Source: Dehalococcoidia bacterium
Lineage (GTDB): Bacteria; Chloroflexota; Dehalococcoidia; UBA2979
Direction of reading: 5' to 3'
Length of the DNA: 64,000 bases
Assembly (NCBI GenBank): GCA_963667465.2
Contig: CAXXDN010000001.1
Coordinates: 736,001-800,000 of the forward strand
Shown: one piece after another, positions 10,244-19,170 of the stretch
How the letters are laid out: every line of letters starts with the position of its first letter
Numbering within the stretch: position 1 is the first letter of the stretch
The notes under the pieces: generated by a model
The model's database searches: none
The model's input: only the letters and a program-made list of their open reading frames with translations
What the model was told of the DNA's origin: nothing
Program-made: the position numbers and the translations under genes

Positions 10244-10867
10244 ATGCCCAACCTGCCCCGCCTGCTGATCGCCACCGGAAACGCCGGCAAGGCCGCCGAG
10301 TTCGAGCTGCTGCTCGCCGGCAGCGGCTGGGAGCCTGTCACCCCGGCCGCGATCGGTCTCGCTCCTGTCGCCATCGTCGAGACGGGGCGCTCCTACCTGG
10401 AGAACGCCGTCACCAAGGCGGTTCGCCACGCCGAGGCGTCCGGGCTGCCCTCGCTCGGCGACGACTCCGGGCTGGAGGTCGACGCGCTCGAGGGGCGGCC
10501 GGGCGTGCTCTCGGCGCGCTACGGCGGCTCGCGCGCTCCCGGCGCTCGCGAGCGCAACGCGCTGCTGCTCGAGGCGCTGCGGGGCGTGCCGCCGGGGCGT
10601 CGCGGCGCGCGCTTCCGCGCCGTCGTCGCCCTCGCGCTGCCGGGCGGGCGCAGCTGGGTGCGCGAAGGCGCCGTCGAGGGCCGCATTGCTGAAGCGCCGC
10701 GTGGCGCCGAGGGGTTTGGCTACGACCCGCTGTTCGAGCTGCCGGACGGCCGCACGATGGCCGAGCTGGGCGAGGCGAAGCACGACTTCAGCCATCGCGC
10801 CCGCGCCGTGCGCGCCCTGTTCCCGCTGCTACAACGCCTGGGCGCCGAACGCTCGGAGAGAAGGTAG
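10244..10867 (+). CDS. rdgB: Non-canonical purine NTP pyrophosphatase (RdgB/HAM1)
   Basis: ATGNAGK, DDSGLEVDAL.GRPGV.SARY, GFGYDPLF, SHRARA. Confidence 0.93.
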   Translation: MPNLPRLLIATGNAGKAAEFELLLAGSGWEPVTPAAIGLAPVAIVETGRSYLENAVTKAVRHAEASGLPSLGDDSGLEVDALEGRPGVLSARYGGSRAPGARERNALLLEALRGVPPGRRGARFRAVVALALPGGRSWVREGAVEGRIAEAPRGAEGFGYDPLFELPDGRTMAELGEAKHDFSHRARAVRALFPLLQRLGAERSERR

Positions 10868-10922
10868 GCCCTGCCACGCCGCGACCGCCCGCGTGCGATA
10901 CTGACAGGCCGAAGGAGTCCGC

Positions 10923-11996
10923 ATGAGTGCCGCCCAGCCCTCCGCCGCCCAGACTCCCGCCGCCCAGACTCCCGCCGAGGACCGCGGCGGAGCACTCGCC
11001 GATCGCTTCGGGCGGCCGCTGCGCGACCTGCGGATCTCGGTCACCGACCGCTGCAACTTCCGCTGCCGCTACTGCATGCCGCGCGAGGTCTTCGGGGCCG
11101 ACTTCGAGTTCCTGCCGCGCGACGAGATCCTGACATTCGAGGAGATCGCGCGCCTCGCGGGCATCGCCGCGCAGCTCGGTGTGCGCAAGATCCGGCTGAC
11201 CGGCGGCGAGCCGACGCTGCGCGCGGACCTGCCGGGGCTGGTGCGCCTGCTCAGGGAGGCCGCGCCTGCCGTCGAGCTGGCGATGACCACCAACGGCTCG
11301 CGCCTGACCACGCTCGCCGGCCCGCTCGCCGCGGCCGGCCTCGACCGCGTCACGGTCTCCCTCGACACCCTCGACGACGCCATCTTCCGCGCGATGAACG
11401 ACGCCGACTTCCCGGTGGCGCTGGTGCTCGAAGGCATCGAGGCCGCCGCCGCGGCCGGGCTCGCGCCGGTCAAGGTCAACGCCGTCGTCAAGCGCGGCGT
11501 CAACGACGCGGGCGTCGTCGAGCTTGCGCGGAACCTCAGGGGCGCGGGCGCGGTGCTGCGCTTCATCGAGTACATGGACGTCGGCGTCACCAACGGCTGG
11601 CGACTCGACGATGTCGTGCCGGCGCGCGAGCTGGTCGAGCGCATCGACGCCGAGCTGCCGATCGAGCCCGTCGAGGCGTCGTACCGCGGCGAGGTCGCGA
11701 AGCGCTGGCGCTACCGCGACGGTGCGGGCGAGATCGGCTTCATCACCTCGGTTTCCGCACCGTTCTGCGGCGACTGCACGCGCGCGCGCATCTCCGCCGA
11801 CGGCAGCCTCTACACCTGCCTCTTCGCCGTCGCCGGCACGGACCTGCGCGCACCGCTGCGCGAGGGCGCCGATGACGCCGCGCTGGCGGCGCTGCTGACG
11901 GGCGTCTGGCGCGAGCGCGAGGACCGCTACTCGGAGATCCGCTCCGCGGACACCGGGGAGATCCCGCGCATCGAGATGTCGTACATCGGTGGCTGA
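10923..11996 (+). CDS. moaA: GTP 3',8-cyclase MoaA (radical SAM)
   Basis: [29 protein letters not shown]-terminal MSYIGG. Confidence 0.96.
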   Translation: MSAAQPSAAQTPAAQTPAEDRGGALADRFGRPLRDLRISVTDRCNFRCRYCMPREVFGADFEFLPRDEILTFEEIARLAGIAAQLGVRKIRLTGGEPTLRADLPGLVRLLREAAPAVELAMTTNGSRLTTLAGPLAAAGLDRVTVSLDTLDDAIFRAMNDADFPVALVLEGIEAAAAAGLAPVKVNAVVKRGVNDAGVVELARNLRGAGAVLRFIEYMDVGVTNGWRLDDVVPARELVERIDAELPIEPVEASYRGEVAKRWRYRDGAGEIGFITSVSAPFCGDCTRARISADGSLYTCLFAVAGTDLRAPLREGADDAALAALLTGVWREREDRYSEIRSADTGEIPRIEMSYIGG

Positions 11997-11998
11997 CG

Positions 11999-12499
11999 GT
12001 GGTTGAGTCCGCGGCCGACGACCGCACGCTGTCCCACCTCGACGAGCGCGGCCACTCGCGGATGGTCGACGTCTCGGACAAGGACGTGACGCGGCGCGAG
12101 GCGACGGCACGCGGGCGTGTCGCGATGAGCGCCGGGACGCTGTCCCTCATCGGCGAGGGGGCACTGCCCAAGGGCGACGTGCTGGCAGCCGCGCGCCTCG
12201 CCGGGATCATGGCCGCCAAGCGCACGCCCGACCTGATCCCGCTCTGCCACCCGCTGCCGATCAGCGGCGTGGAGGTGCGGCTCTGCCTCGACCCCGAGGA
12301 TCCCGCGGTCGAGATCGAGGCGACCGTACGCACCAGCGCGCAGACCGGCGTGGAGATGGAGGCGCTGACCGCTGTCTCCGTCGCCGCGCTCACGATCTAC
12401 GACATGTGTAAAGCCGTACAGCGCGACATGCGCATCGAGGCGGTCCGCCTCGTCGCCAAGTCCGGCGGCCGCTCCGGCGACTACCGCGCGGAGTCGTAG
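11999..12499 (+). CDS. moaC: Cyclic pyranopterin monophosphate synthase MoaC
   Basis: [31 protein letters not shown]. Confidence 0.96.
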   Translation: MVESAADDRTLSHLDERGHSRMVDVSDKDVTRREATARGRVAMSAGTLSLIGEGALPKGDVLAAARLAGIMAAKRTPDLIPLCHPLPISGVEVRLCLDPEDPAVEIEATVRTSAQTGVEMEALTAVSVAALTIYDMCKAVQRDMRIEAVRLVAKSGGRSGDYRAES

Positions 12500-12538
12500 C
12501 CGCCGCCCCACGCGATCCGGCCGCGGTCCGGCCTCAAT

Positions 12539-12788
12539 CCGGCCCCCTCTCCTGGGGGAGAGAGGGTGGGGGTGAGGGGGAGAAGCCACGGGTGGCGCGA
12601 CTTCCCGAGGACGCACCTCGGCTTGTCGTGGGGGGCGCAGCCCCCCACACCCCCACCCCGGACGAGCACGCTGCGCGGCTCGGGCCCACCCACCCGCCCT
12701 CGGAGTTTCTTTCTGTGGGGGCGCAGCCCCCACGCCCTCCTCGGAGGTTTCGGGGGCGCATCGTCCGGCCCCCTCTCCTGGGGGAGAG
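12539..12788. repeat. Mosaic REP/BIME-like intergenic element (continues 14279-14432 beyond the IS110)
   Basis: REP units plus GGGGGCGCAGCCCCC hairpins; internal blocks shared with 29007-29116 and 36468-36523. Confidence 0.8.
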
Positions 12789-12809
12789 ACACCCCAGGGT
12801 GCTAAGGCG

Positions 12810-14033
12810 TCAAGCGGCGAGCTGTTCGCGGTCGTGGCGGTGCGCCCAGGCGGTGGCCTCGTCGTAGGGGCGACGTGCCTTCAGGCAGCCGTGGAGGTAG
12901 CCGACGAGGCGGTTGCCGAGAGCGCGCAGCGCCTGGTGGTGGAGGTCGCCCGCGGCGCGGCGGCGGTGGTAGAAGTCATGGCAGCCGGGGCTCGCCTGCA
13001 GCGAGCAGAGCGCCCAGCGGTCCACGGCGTCGGCGAGCCGGCGGTTGCGCACGAAGCGGGCGCGCACGCTGCGCTTGCGGCCCGATGCTACGGTGAGCGG
13101 CGAGGTGCCGGCGTAGTTCCTGCGGGACTTCGCCGACTCGTAGCGTTCGGGGTCGTCCCCGAACTCGCCGAGCACCCGGGCGCCGAGCACGACACCGAGA
13201 CCGGGCAGGGAACGGTAGATTGCGGCGTCCGGGTGCTGCTCAAAATGGCTCGTGAGCGCGGCCTCGAGCTCCGTAAGCTGACGGTTGATCTCGCTGATCT
13301 GCGCGACCGCCGCGCGGGTGCTCGCGGCGAACGCCCGGCTCACGGCAGGCGGCGCCTCGAGTTGCGGGGAGCGCAGCGCGTCGCGCACCGCGGCGGCGCG
13401 CCGCTCGAGGTTGCGCTGACGTCCGCCGCGGCGCAGCGCCGAGCGGATCTTCGACGTGCTCAGGCGCGCCGCCTCGCGCGGCTCGCTCGCCCGCGCCAGC
13501 ACGCCCAGGGCGTCGCCGTGCGCGAGGCTGGGGAAGGCCTGCAGGGCAGCCGGGAAATACTCCCTGAGGGCGTTGCGCAGCCGGTTGGTCTGGCGCACGC
13601 GGTCCCAGATCAGCTGCTGGTGGGCGCGGGCGAGGATGCGCACCGCGGCAGCCTCGTCGCTGTCGCCGGCCAGCGGACGGTGGTTGTGGCGGTCGGTGCG
13701 CACGAGGTCGGCGAGCAGCTTCGCGTCGGCGGCGTCGGACTTGGCGCCGCCCAGGTGGTGACGCTCACGGTAGCGCGCCGCCGAGCGGGGGTTGATCGCG
13801 TAGACGCGGTAGCCGGCCGCGAGCAGGGCCGTGACCCAGGGTCCGCGGTCGGTCTCGATGCCGACCACGACCGCGCCCGGGTCTGAGGCGTGCTCGGCAA
13901 CCAGTTCGTGCAGCACGGCGACGCCCGCGACGCCCTCGGGCAGCCGCCTGGCGGCGAGCCGTTCGCCGGCCTCGTTCATGAGCTGGACATCGTGGTGGTC
14001 TTCGGACCAGTCGTCACCGACGTAGAGGGTCAT
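12810..14033 (-). CDS. IS110 family DEDD recombinase/transposase
   Basis: VGDDWS, VGIET, KSDAADA (DEDD); SLPGLG...GEFGD...YAGTSPLTVASG with the catalytic Ser. Confidence 0.95.
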   Translation of the reverse strand: MTLYVGDDWSEDHHDVQLMNEAGERLAARRLPEGVAGVAVLHELVAEHASDPGAVVVGIETDRGPWVTALLAAGYRVYAINPRSAARYRERHHLGGAKSDAADAKLLADLVRTDRHNHRPLAGDSDEAAAVRILARAHQQLIWDRVRQTNRLRNALREYFPAALQAFPSLAHGDALGVLARASEPREAARLSTSKIRSALRRGGRQRNLERRAAAVRDALRSPQLEAPPAVSRAFAASTRAAVAQISEINRQLTELEAALTSHFEQHPDAAIYRSLPGLGVVLGARVLGEFGDDPERYESAKSRRNYAGTSPLTVASGRKRSVRARFVRNRRLADAVDRWALCSLQASPGCHDFYHRRRAAGDLHHQALRALGNRLVGYLHGCLKARRPYDEATAWAHRHDREQLAA

Positions 14034-14059
14034 CGTGCCTCGCTTTCCTGCGCTTCGTG

Positions 14060-14270
14060 CTGCTGTTTGCGACCTGCCGGGCTGGTCCTGCGACGGCCTA
14101 ATGGACCAGTGCTCTCGGGCACGACACCCCAGGAGTGCTGTGGACCACCCGGACGCACCAGCCGGGGCACGGTCTCTCCCTGGAGATCGCAGTGTCTCGG
14201 GGAGGGGCAGTGCTCACCGGCCGGCCGGTCCAAGACCAGTCTCCCAGATCGCTCCAGGGTCCGGTCGAAC
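14060..14270 (-). ncRNA. Putative IS110 bridge RNA (ends approximate)
   Basis: Contains segments matching both element ends (14123-14133, 14098-14104) and both target flanks (14174-14180, 14199-14207). Confidence 0.75.
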
Positions 14271-14445
14271 CCCATTAGGGGGGGGGTGAGGGGGCGCGCC
14301 CGGCGCTGCTCGCCGCTGCTCGCCGCAGCGATCGGTTGTTGCGCCCTCGCGGGTGCTCGCCCGGCGGGCGTCGGGAGTTGGTGCGCCCTCGATACTCCCG
14401 AGGGGGCGTGTGGGGGCGCAGCCCCCACACGCCGGACGCGCGCGG

Positions 14446-15273
14446 CTAGCGGGCGTGGTGGTCGGCGGGGCGGATCGAGCCGTCGTCGGCGGGGCTCGAG
14501 GACTCCAGGTAGCCCTGCACCAGCAGCGCGACGCGGCCGCGCTCGATCGCCGCGGCGGCGGGCAGCGGCTCGCCCTCGGCGTCCCCGGCGCCCGAAGCGG
14601 ACACGGCAGCGTGGGCGGCGAGCTGGGGCAGCGCCATGCGCGCGCGGCTGTCCCCCTCCATGCGCAGCAGCGGCTCGCAGATCGTCCAGGCGGCGCAGCC
14701 CTCGTGGCGGGCCGGGTCGATACTCGCGTAGGCGCACCAGTCGAGCGCGCGCTCGCGCACGTCGTAGTGCGAGAACAGCCGGTACTCGTGATCCCACCAG
14801 TCGCGCTCGAAGCAGGCGGGCGACCAGTCGATCGGCAGCGGGTTGTCCGAGCGCGCCTGCGGATCGAGCGCGATCAGCCAGAGCGAGACGGCGAGGGCGA
14901 GCGGCGTCTGGTGGTACGGTGCGCCGCCTTCGGTGGTCCAGGAGAGCGCGTGGGCGGCGGAAGAGGCCCGCGCGACGCGCTCGTCGATCACGAGCCCCGC
15001 CGCGATGAGCGTGCGCGTCACCAGCAGGTGGCCGAGGAAGCGCGCCTCGTCGTCGGAACGGCTCCGCTCGCCGCTCGGCAGCGTGACCGCTGCGTCCTCG
15101 TCCGGACCGAAGCAGGCGAAGGTGCTGGTCAGGCCGCAGTCGTGGCCGGGCGCGCCCGGCTGGCCCTGCGCGGCGAGGAGCGTGTCGAGGGCGCCCGGAT
15201 CGCCGACGGGCGCGCCGTCGCGCACTCCCGGCCAGAGCTGCAGGGCGAGGTCGAGGACTGGGCTCTCGGACAC
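14446..15273 (-). CDS. Hypothetical protein
   Basis: Protein-like composition and codon usage from GTG 15273; no motif recognised. Confidence 0.6.
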   Translation of the reverse strand: MSESPVLDLALQLWPGVRDGAPVGDPGALDTLLAAQGQPGAPGHDCGLTSTFACFGPDEDAAVTLPSGERSRSDDEARFLGHLLVTRTLIAAGLVIDERVARASSAAHALSWTTEGGAPYHQTPLALAVSLWLIALDPQARSDNPLPIDWSPACFERDWWDHEYRLFSHYDVRERALDWCAYASIDPARHEGCAAWTICEPLLRMEGDSRARMALPQLAAHAAVSASGAGDAEGEPLPAAAAIERGRVALLVQGYLESSSPADDGSIRPADHHAR

Positions 15274-15360
15274 GCCTCGCACGCTACGAACGCACACCCT
15301 CGCGGTCAACCTCGCGGGCTCGCGTGGCCGCCCGATGGCAGGCCGCGTACGATCGGCCCG

Positions 15361-16224
15361 ATGCCACCGATCGGCCCCGCTCGCCTGCTGCTTGCCTGCT
15401 GCGTGCTCGTCGCGGCGGTAGCTTGCGGCGGCTCGGAGGCGGACCCCGCGGACCAACCGGTGACCGTGAGGTTCACGGGCTCCCCGACGGCGACACTCTC
15501 GTCGGCCGGCACCCCGACGGCGACAGTGTCGCCCTCCGCGACGCCAACCGGGGCCGAGGCGCCTGTCCCGACGGCGCCACCCGCTTCGGAAGCGACGCCC
15601 ACCGCAACACCGGCGCCGACTGCCACCCCGGAGTCCGCCACACCGACCCCGACGCCTGCGGCAACACCGCTACCCACACCGACTGAGACAGCGACCCCGA
15701 CGGCAGCACCAACTCCCACTGTCACACCCTCGGCGACTGAGACAGCGACCCCGACGGCAACGCCGATCCCCAGCGTCACACCCTCGGCGACCGTGCCGCC
15801 GGAGCCGACCGCGACGACGGGTGCGCTGCCCCTTGAGGCGCTCCCCCACATCGAGTTCGCACGCGGCGACGGGGCGGCGGTGTCACTGCCGATCGAGATC
15901 CCGCCGCGCAGCGAGTACTCCATCGGGTTGTCGGGGCGCTACGAGCTGGGCGAGCGGGGGATGCTCTTCCACTACGAGGAGGAGGGACGCCGCTCGTTCT
16001 GGATGAAGAACACGCATATCGACCTCGACATCGCCTTCATCGGCGCGGACTTCGTGATCCGGGAGATCTTCGGCATGGAGGCGGAGTCGCTCGAGATTCG
16101 CCGTCCCGGCGACGTCTATCAGTACGCCGTCGAGGCGCCGTCGGGCTGGTACGCCGCGAACGGGGTGCAGGTTGGCGACACAGCGCGCTTTGCCTTCGAC
16201 CTCGCGGACTACCCGGTCGAGTGA
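15361..16224 (+). CDS. DUF192 domain lipoprotein with Pro/Thr-rich linker
   Basis: Lipobox-like AVAC; GL.GR...GMLF...FWMKNT.I.LDIAFI; YAVEAP.GW. Confidence 0.85.
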   Translation: MPPIGPARLLLACCVLVAAVACGGSEADPADQPVTVRFTGSPTATLSSAGTPTATVSPSATPTGAEAPVPTAPPASEATPTATPAPTATPESATPTPTPAATPLPTPTETATPTAAPTPTVTPSATETATPTATPIPSVTPSATVPPEPTATTGALPLEALPHIEFARGDGAAVSLPIEIPPRSEYSIGLSGRYELGERGMLFHYEEEGRRSFWMKNTHIDLDIAFIGADFVIREIFGMEAESLEIRRPGDVYQYAVEAPSGWYAANGVQVGDTARFAFDLADYPVE

Positions 16225-16234
16225 GCGCGGGCTG

Positions 16235-16765
16235 CTAGTACCACTCCTCCTCGATGACGCGGGAGGCGTGGACGGCGAGGGTTTCAAGGATGCGCTCGTC
16301 GTCTTCCCCGAAGCTGCGGCCCTCGCGGCGGTCGGCGACGTAGAGCGAGCCGCGGACGTGGCCCTGCGACCAGATCGGGACGCCGGCTAGGGCACGCATC
16401 TCCGGATGGTGCGGCGGGAAGCCGAAGGCGCGCGGGTGGTCCTGCACGTCCTCGAAGCGCACGGGCCGGCCGTCGGCGCGCAGCGCGCCGAGCGGGCCGT
16501 GCCCCTGCGGCGGCGCCTTGAGGCCTCGCAGCTCGATCGGCGTGAGGCCGGAGGTGACGAAGCCCTGCGTGGTGTCGTGCTCGTCGGTGACCGCGAGGGC
16601 GGCGTAGTCAGCGCCCGTCGCCTCGCGCGCGAGGTCGACGACCACCTGCAGGGAGTCCTCGGGGCGGTGGCGTTCGGGCAGGATCTTCAGGCCTCGCGCC
16701 AGCGCGCGCAGCGCCCGCGCCTCGGGGTCGCGCCGTAGCAGCCTCCGGAGACTCGCGATCGCCAC
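16235..16765 (-). CDS. Stand-alone GAF domain protein (DosS/DosT-type GAF)
   Basis: GADYAALAV, PQGHGPLG, GFPPHHPEM, FGEDDERILETLA; GGAGGAG RBS. Confidence 0.85.
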   Translation of the reverse strand: MAIASLRRLLRRDPEARALRALARGLKILPERHRPEDSLQVVVDLAREATGADYAALAVTDEHDTTQGFVTSGLTPIELRGLKAPPQGHGPLGALRADGRPVRFEDVQDHPRAFGFPPHHPEMRALAGVPIWSQGHVRGSLYVADRREGRSFGEDDERILETLAVHASRVIEEEWY

Positions 16766-16887
16766 GCCTCGCTCCTCCCGCGCTGAGTCTATCGCGAGGC
16801 GGCGTTGGGTGCGGGGAAGGGGGTCGGCGGCGTGTGGCCTCGGCGTGGCGGGCGTGGTCGGCGTATCGTGTATGCGGGAGAGGCGTG

Positions 16888-17197
16888 ATGGACAGGATCG
16901 TTGAAGAGCGGCTGGCCGAAATCGAGCAGCTCTGCCGGGACCACCGGGTGCGGCGACTTGATCTCTTTGGCTCGGCGGCGAGCGGGGAGTTCCAGCCGGA
17001 CGAGAGCGACCTCGACTTTCTGGTGGACTTCGATCCGCCGCCGTACGGCGCATACCGCAAGACCTACTTCGGGCTGCTTAACGGGGCTACGGGAGCTCTT
17101 CGGTCGGCCCGTCGACCTGGTGGATGCTTCAGCAGTCAGAAACCCCTACTTCCGCGAGGCTGTCGAGCAGACTCGGGAAACGCTGTATGCGTCTTGA
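16888..17197 (+). pseudogene. MNT nucleotidyltransferase antitoxin, frameshifted at GGGG 17083-17086
   Basis: LFGSA...SDLDFLV in one frame; LFGRPVDLV...RNPYFR in the next frame. Confidence 0.75.
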
Positions 17198-17528
17198 GGC
17201 ACGCAAGCTCCTCCACGATATTGAGAGCGCCATCACCCTGATCGAGCAGTTCACCAGGGGCCGGACATACCCGGACTATGAGCAAGACGCGATGCTGCGC
17301 AGCGCGGTCGAGCGCCAGTTCGCCATCATCGGAGAAGGGGTGGCGCGACTGGCGAGGTCCGAGCCCGATCTGATCGCGCGGATTAGCGACTACCGCCAGA
17401 TCGTCGACTTCAGGAACTTCCTGATCCACGGCTACGCTGAAGTGAATGACCGGCTCGTCCGGGAGGCTGTCGAAGCGGGGCTTCCGGTTCTTCGCCGTGA
17501 TATCGAGGCGCTACGAGACGGGATCTGA
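17187..17528 (+). CDS. HEPN/DUF86 ribonuclease toxin (HepT-like)
   Basis: AVERQFAIIGE and the RxxxxH motif RNFLIHGY. Confidence 0.88.
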   Translation: MRLEARKLLHDIESAITLIEQFTRGRTYPDYEQDAMLRSAVERQFAIIGEGVARLARSEPDLIARISDYRQIVDFRNFLIHGYAEVNDRLVREAVEAGLPVLRRDIEALRDGI

Positions 17529-17536
17529 CCCCATCC

Positions 17537-19153
17537 TCAGACCCCCGCAATCGCGCCCGCGATCTCGCGGGCGAGGGCGGCGGGCGGGCGTGTGGCGTCG
17601 AGGGCGAGGCTTGGGGCCTCGTCGGGTGTGACCGGCTCGAAGCCGTCGCGCTGCGCCTCGTAGACCGCCCATGTGGCGTCCGAGGTGCGCAGCGGGTCGT
17701 CCTCGCGCCCGGCGATGCGCGTGTGCGCCGTCGCGTCGTCGCTGCGCAACTCGACGACCGTCGCCGGCACGCCGTGCTCGACGGCCAGCGCGCGGACGGC
17801 GTCGCGCTCCGAGCGGCGGCCGTGCATCGCGTCGAGGACCACCGCCCGCCCCTCGCGCAGCAGGCGCGCGGCGCGGGCGCGCAGCTCGGCGTAGGTGCGC
17901 TCCGTCATTTCGGAAGCGTAGAGGCCGGCGCGCCACTCCTTGCGGACCCGCTCGCGCGGGTCGATGCCCGCGAGCTGCTTGCGCACCACGTCGGAGGACA
18001 GGTAGGCGGCGCCGATGCGGCAGGCGAGCGTGGCGGCGACCGTCGACTTGCCGCTCGCGGGCAGGCCGCTGAGCGCGATCAACTGTGGCGCGGCGCGGCG
18101 CTCGGCGTAGCTCGCCGCGAGGCGGAAGAAGCGCGCGGCGGAGGCGGCGAGGGCGCGCGCCTGCTCTTCGGGCGTCTCGGGAGCGTGCGCGCCGATCGAC
18201 TCCACCTTGCCGCGCACGAAGGCGCGGTAGGCGCGATGCAGCGGCTGCAGCAGGCCCAGTGTCTCGTCGGCCGAGGCTGCGAGGTAGCGCCCCGCCAGCT
18301 CCTCGCCGAGGTCCGCGTGGCCGAGCGCCTCGAGGTCCATTGCCAGGAAGGCGACGTCGTAGCCCGTGTCCAGGTAGCGGAAGTGGAACCACTCGTTGAA
18401 CTCGATGCAGTCGACGATCGTGATCGCCTCGTCCGGCCCGCCTGGCTCATCGTCGAACAGGTAGACGTGTGCGGCACGCAGGTCGCCGTGGCCCTCGACC
18501 ACATGCCCGGCAGCGAGGCGCTCATCGAAGAGCGCGGCGTCGCGTTCGAGCGTCTCCTCGATGAAGGCGCGGGTCGTCGTCGCATCGTCGGGCAGCCACG
18601 TATCGCCGATGAAGCCGGCGGCCTCGCCGTACTCGCGCGCCCACCACGCGCGCTCGGCGGACGCGCCGGCGAAGTCCGGGTCGTTCGCCACGACGACGGC
18701 GGACTCGTGGAAGGCGATCAGCCGCCGCGCGAGCCGCTCCGCGAGGTCGGCGGGCGCCTCGCCGGCCGCGAGCAGCCGGTCGAGCGTGCGATCGTCGGGC
18801 AGGCGGCGCAGCTTCACCGCGTGCTCGACGATCTCCCCCGCTGCCGGGTCGCCCTCGACGGCGTGGCGGCCGTCCGGCATCCGCACGACCGGGACGACGT
18901 CGAGGTACACGCCGGGCGCGAGGCGACGGTTAAGCCGCAGCTCGGCGTGGCAGAAGCGCTCGCGCGTCTCCCGGTCGAGCTGGCGGATGAAGCCGAAGTC
19001 GACCGGCTTCTTGGTCTTGTACACGAGGTCGCCGGCGAGGAAGACCCACGAGATGTGGGTCTGGAGCAGCTCGACCCGGGCCGGCGCGTGCGGGTAGGCG
19101 GCGGGGTCGAGCAGGGCCCGGACGTACTCCGGGAGCGCCGCGTCGCCGCTCAT
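17537..19153 (-). CDS. Bifunctional APH-like phosphotransferase / AAA_33 P-loop kinase (Rv2004c-like)
   Basis: THISWVFL, ELRLNRRLAP.VY, GHGDL, DCIEFN; GLPASGKST. Confidence 0.88.
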   Translation of the reverse strand: MSGDAALPEYVRALLDPAAYPHAPARVELLQTHISWVFLAGDLVYKTKKPVDFGFIRQLDRETRERFCHAELRLNRRLAPGVYLDVVPVVRMPDGRHAVEGDPAAGEIVEHAVKLRRLPDDRTLDRLLAAGEAPADLAERLARRLIAFHESAVVVANDPDFAGASAERAWWAREYGEAAGFIGDTWLPDDATTTRAFIEETLERDAALFDERLAAGHVVEGHGDLRAAHVYLFDDEPGGPDEAITIVDCIEFNEWFHFRYLDTGYDVAFLAMDLEALGHADLGEELAGRYLAASADETLGLLQPLHRAYRAFVRGKVESIGAHAPETPEEQARALAASAARFFRLAASYAERRAAPQLIALSGLPASGKSTVAATLACRIGAAYLSSDVVRKQLAGIDPRERVRKEWRAGLYASEMTERTYAELRARAARLLREGRAVVLDAMHGRRSERDAVRALAVEHGVPATVVELRSDDATAHTRIAGREDDPLRTSDATWAVYEAQRDGFEPVTPDEAPSLALDATRPPAALAREIAGAIAGV

Positions 19154-19170
19154 CAGGCTATGGATCGCGC

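Larger units (their letters stand above)
12787..14278 (-). mobile_element. IS110 family insertion sequence inserted in a REP palindrome at a CT core
   Basis: Minus-strand ends CT|AATGGGG... and ...TTGACGCCTTAGCACCCTGGGGTGT|CT; the flanks rejoin into a REP unit; no terminal inverted repeats. Confidence 0.88.
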
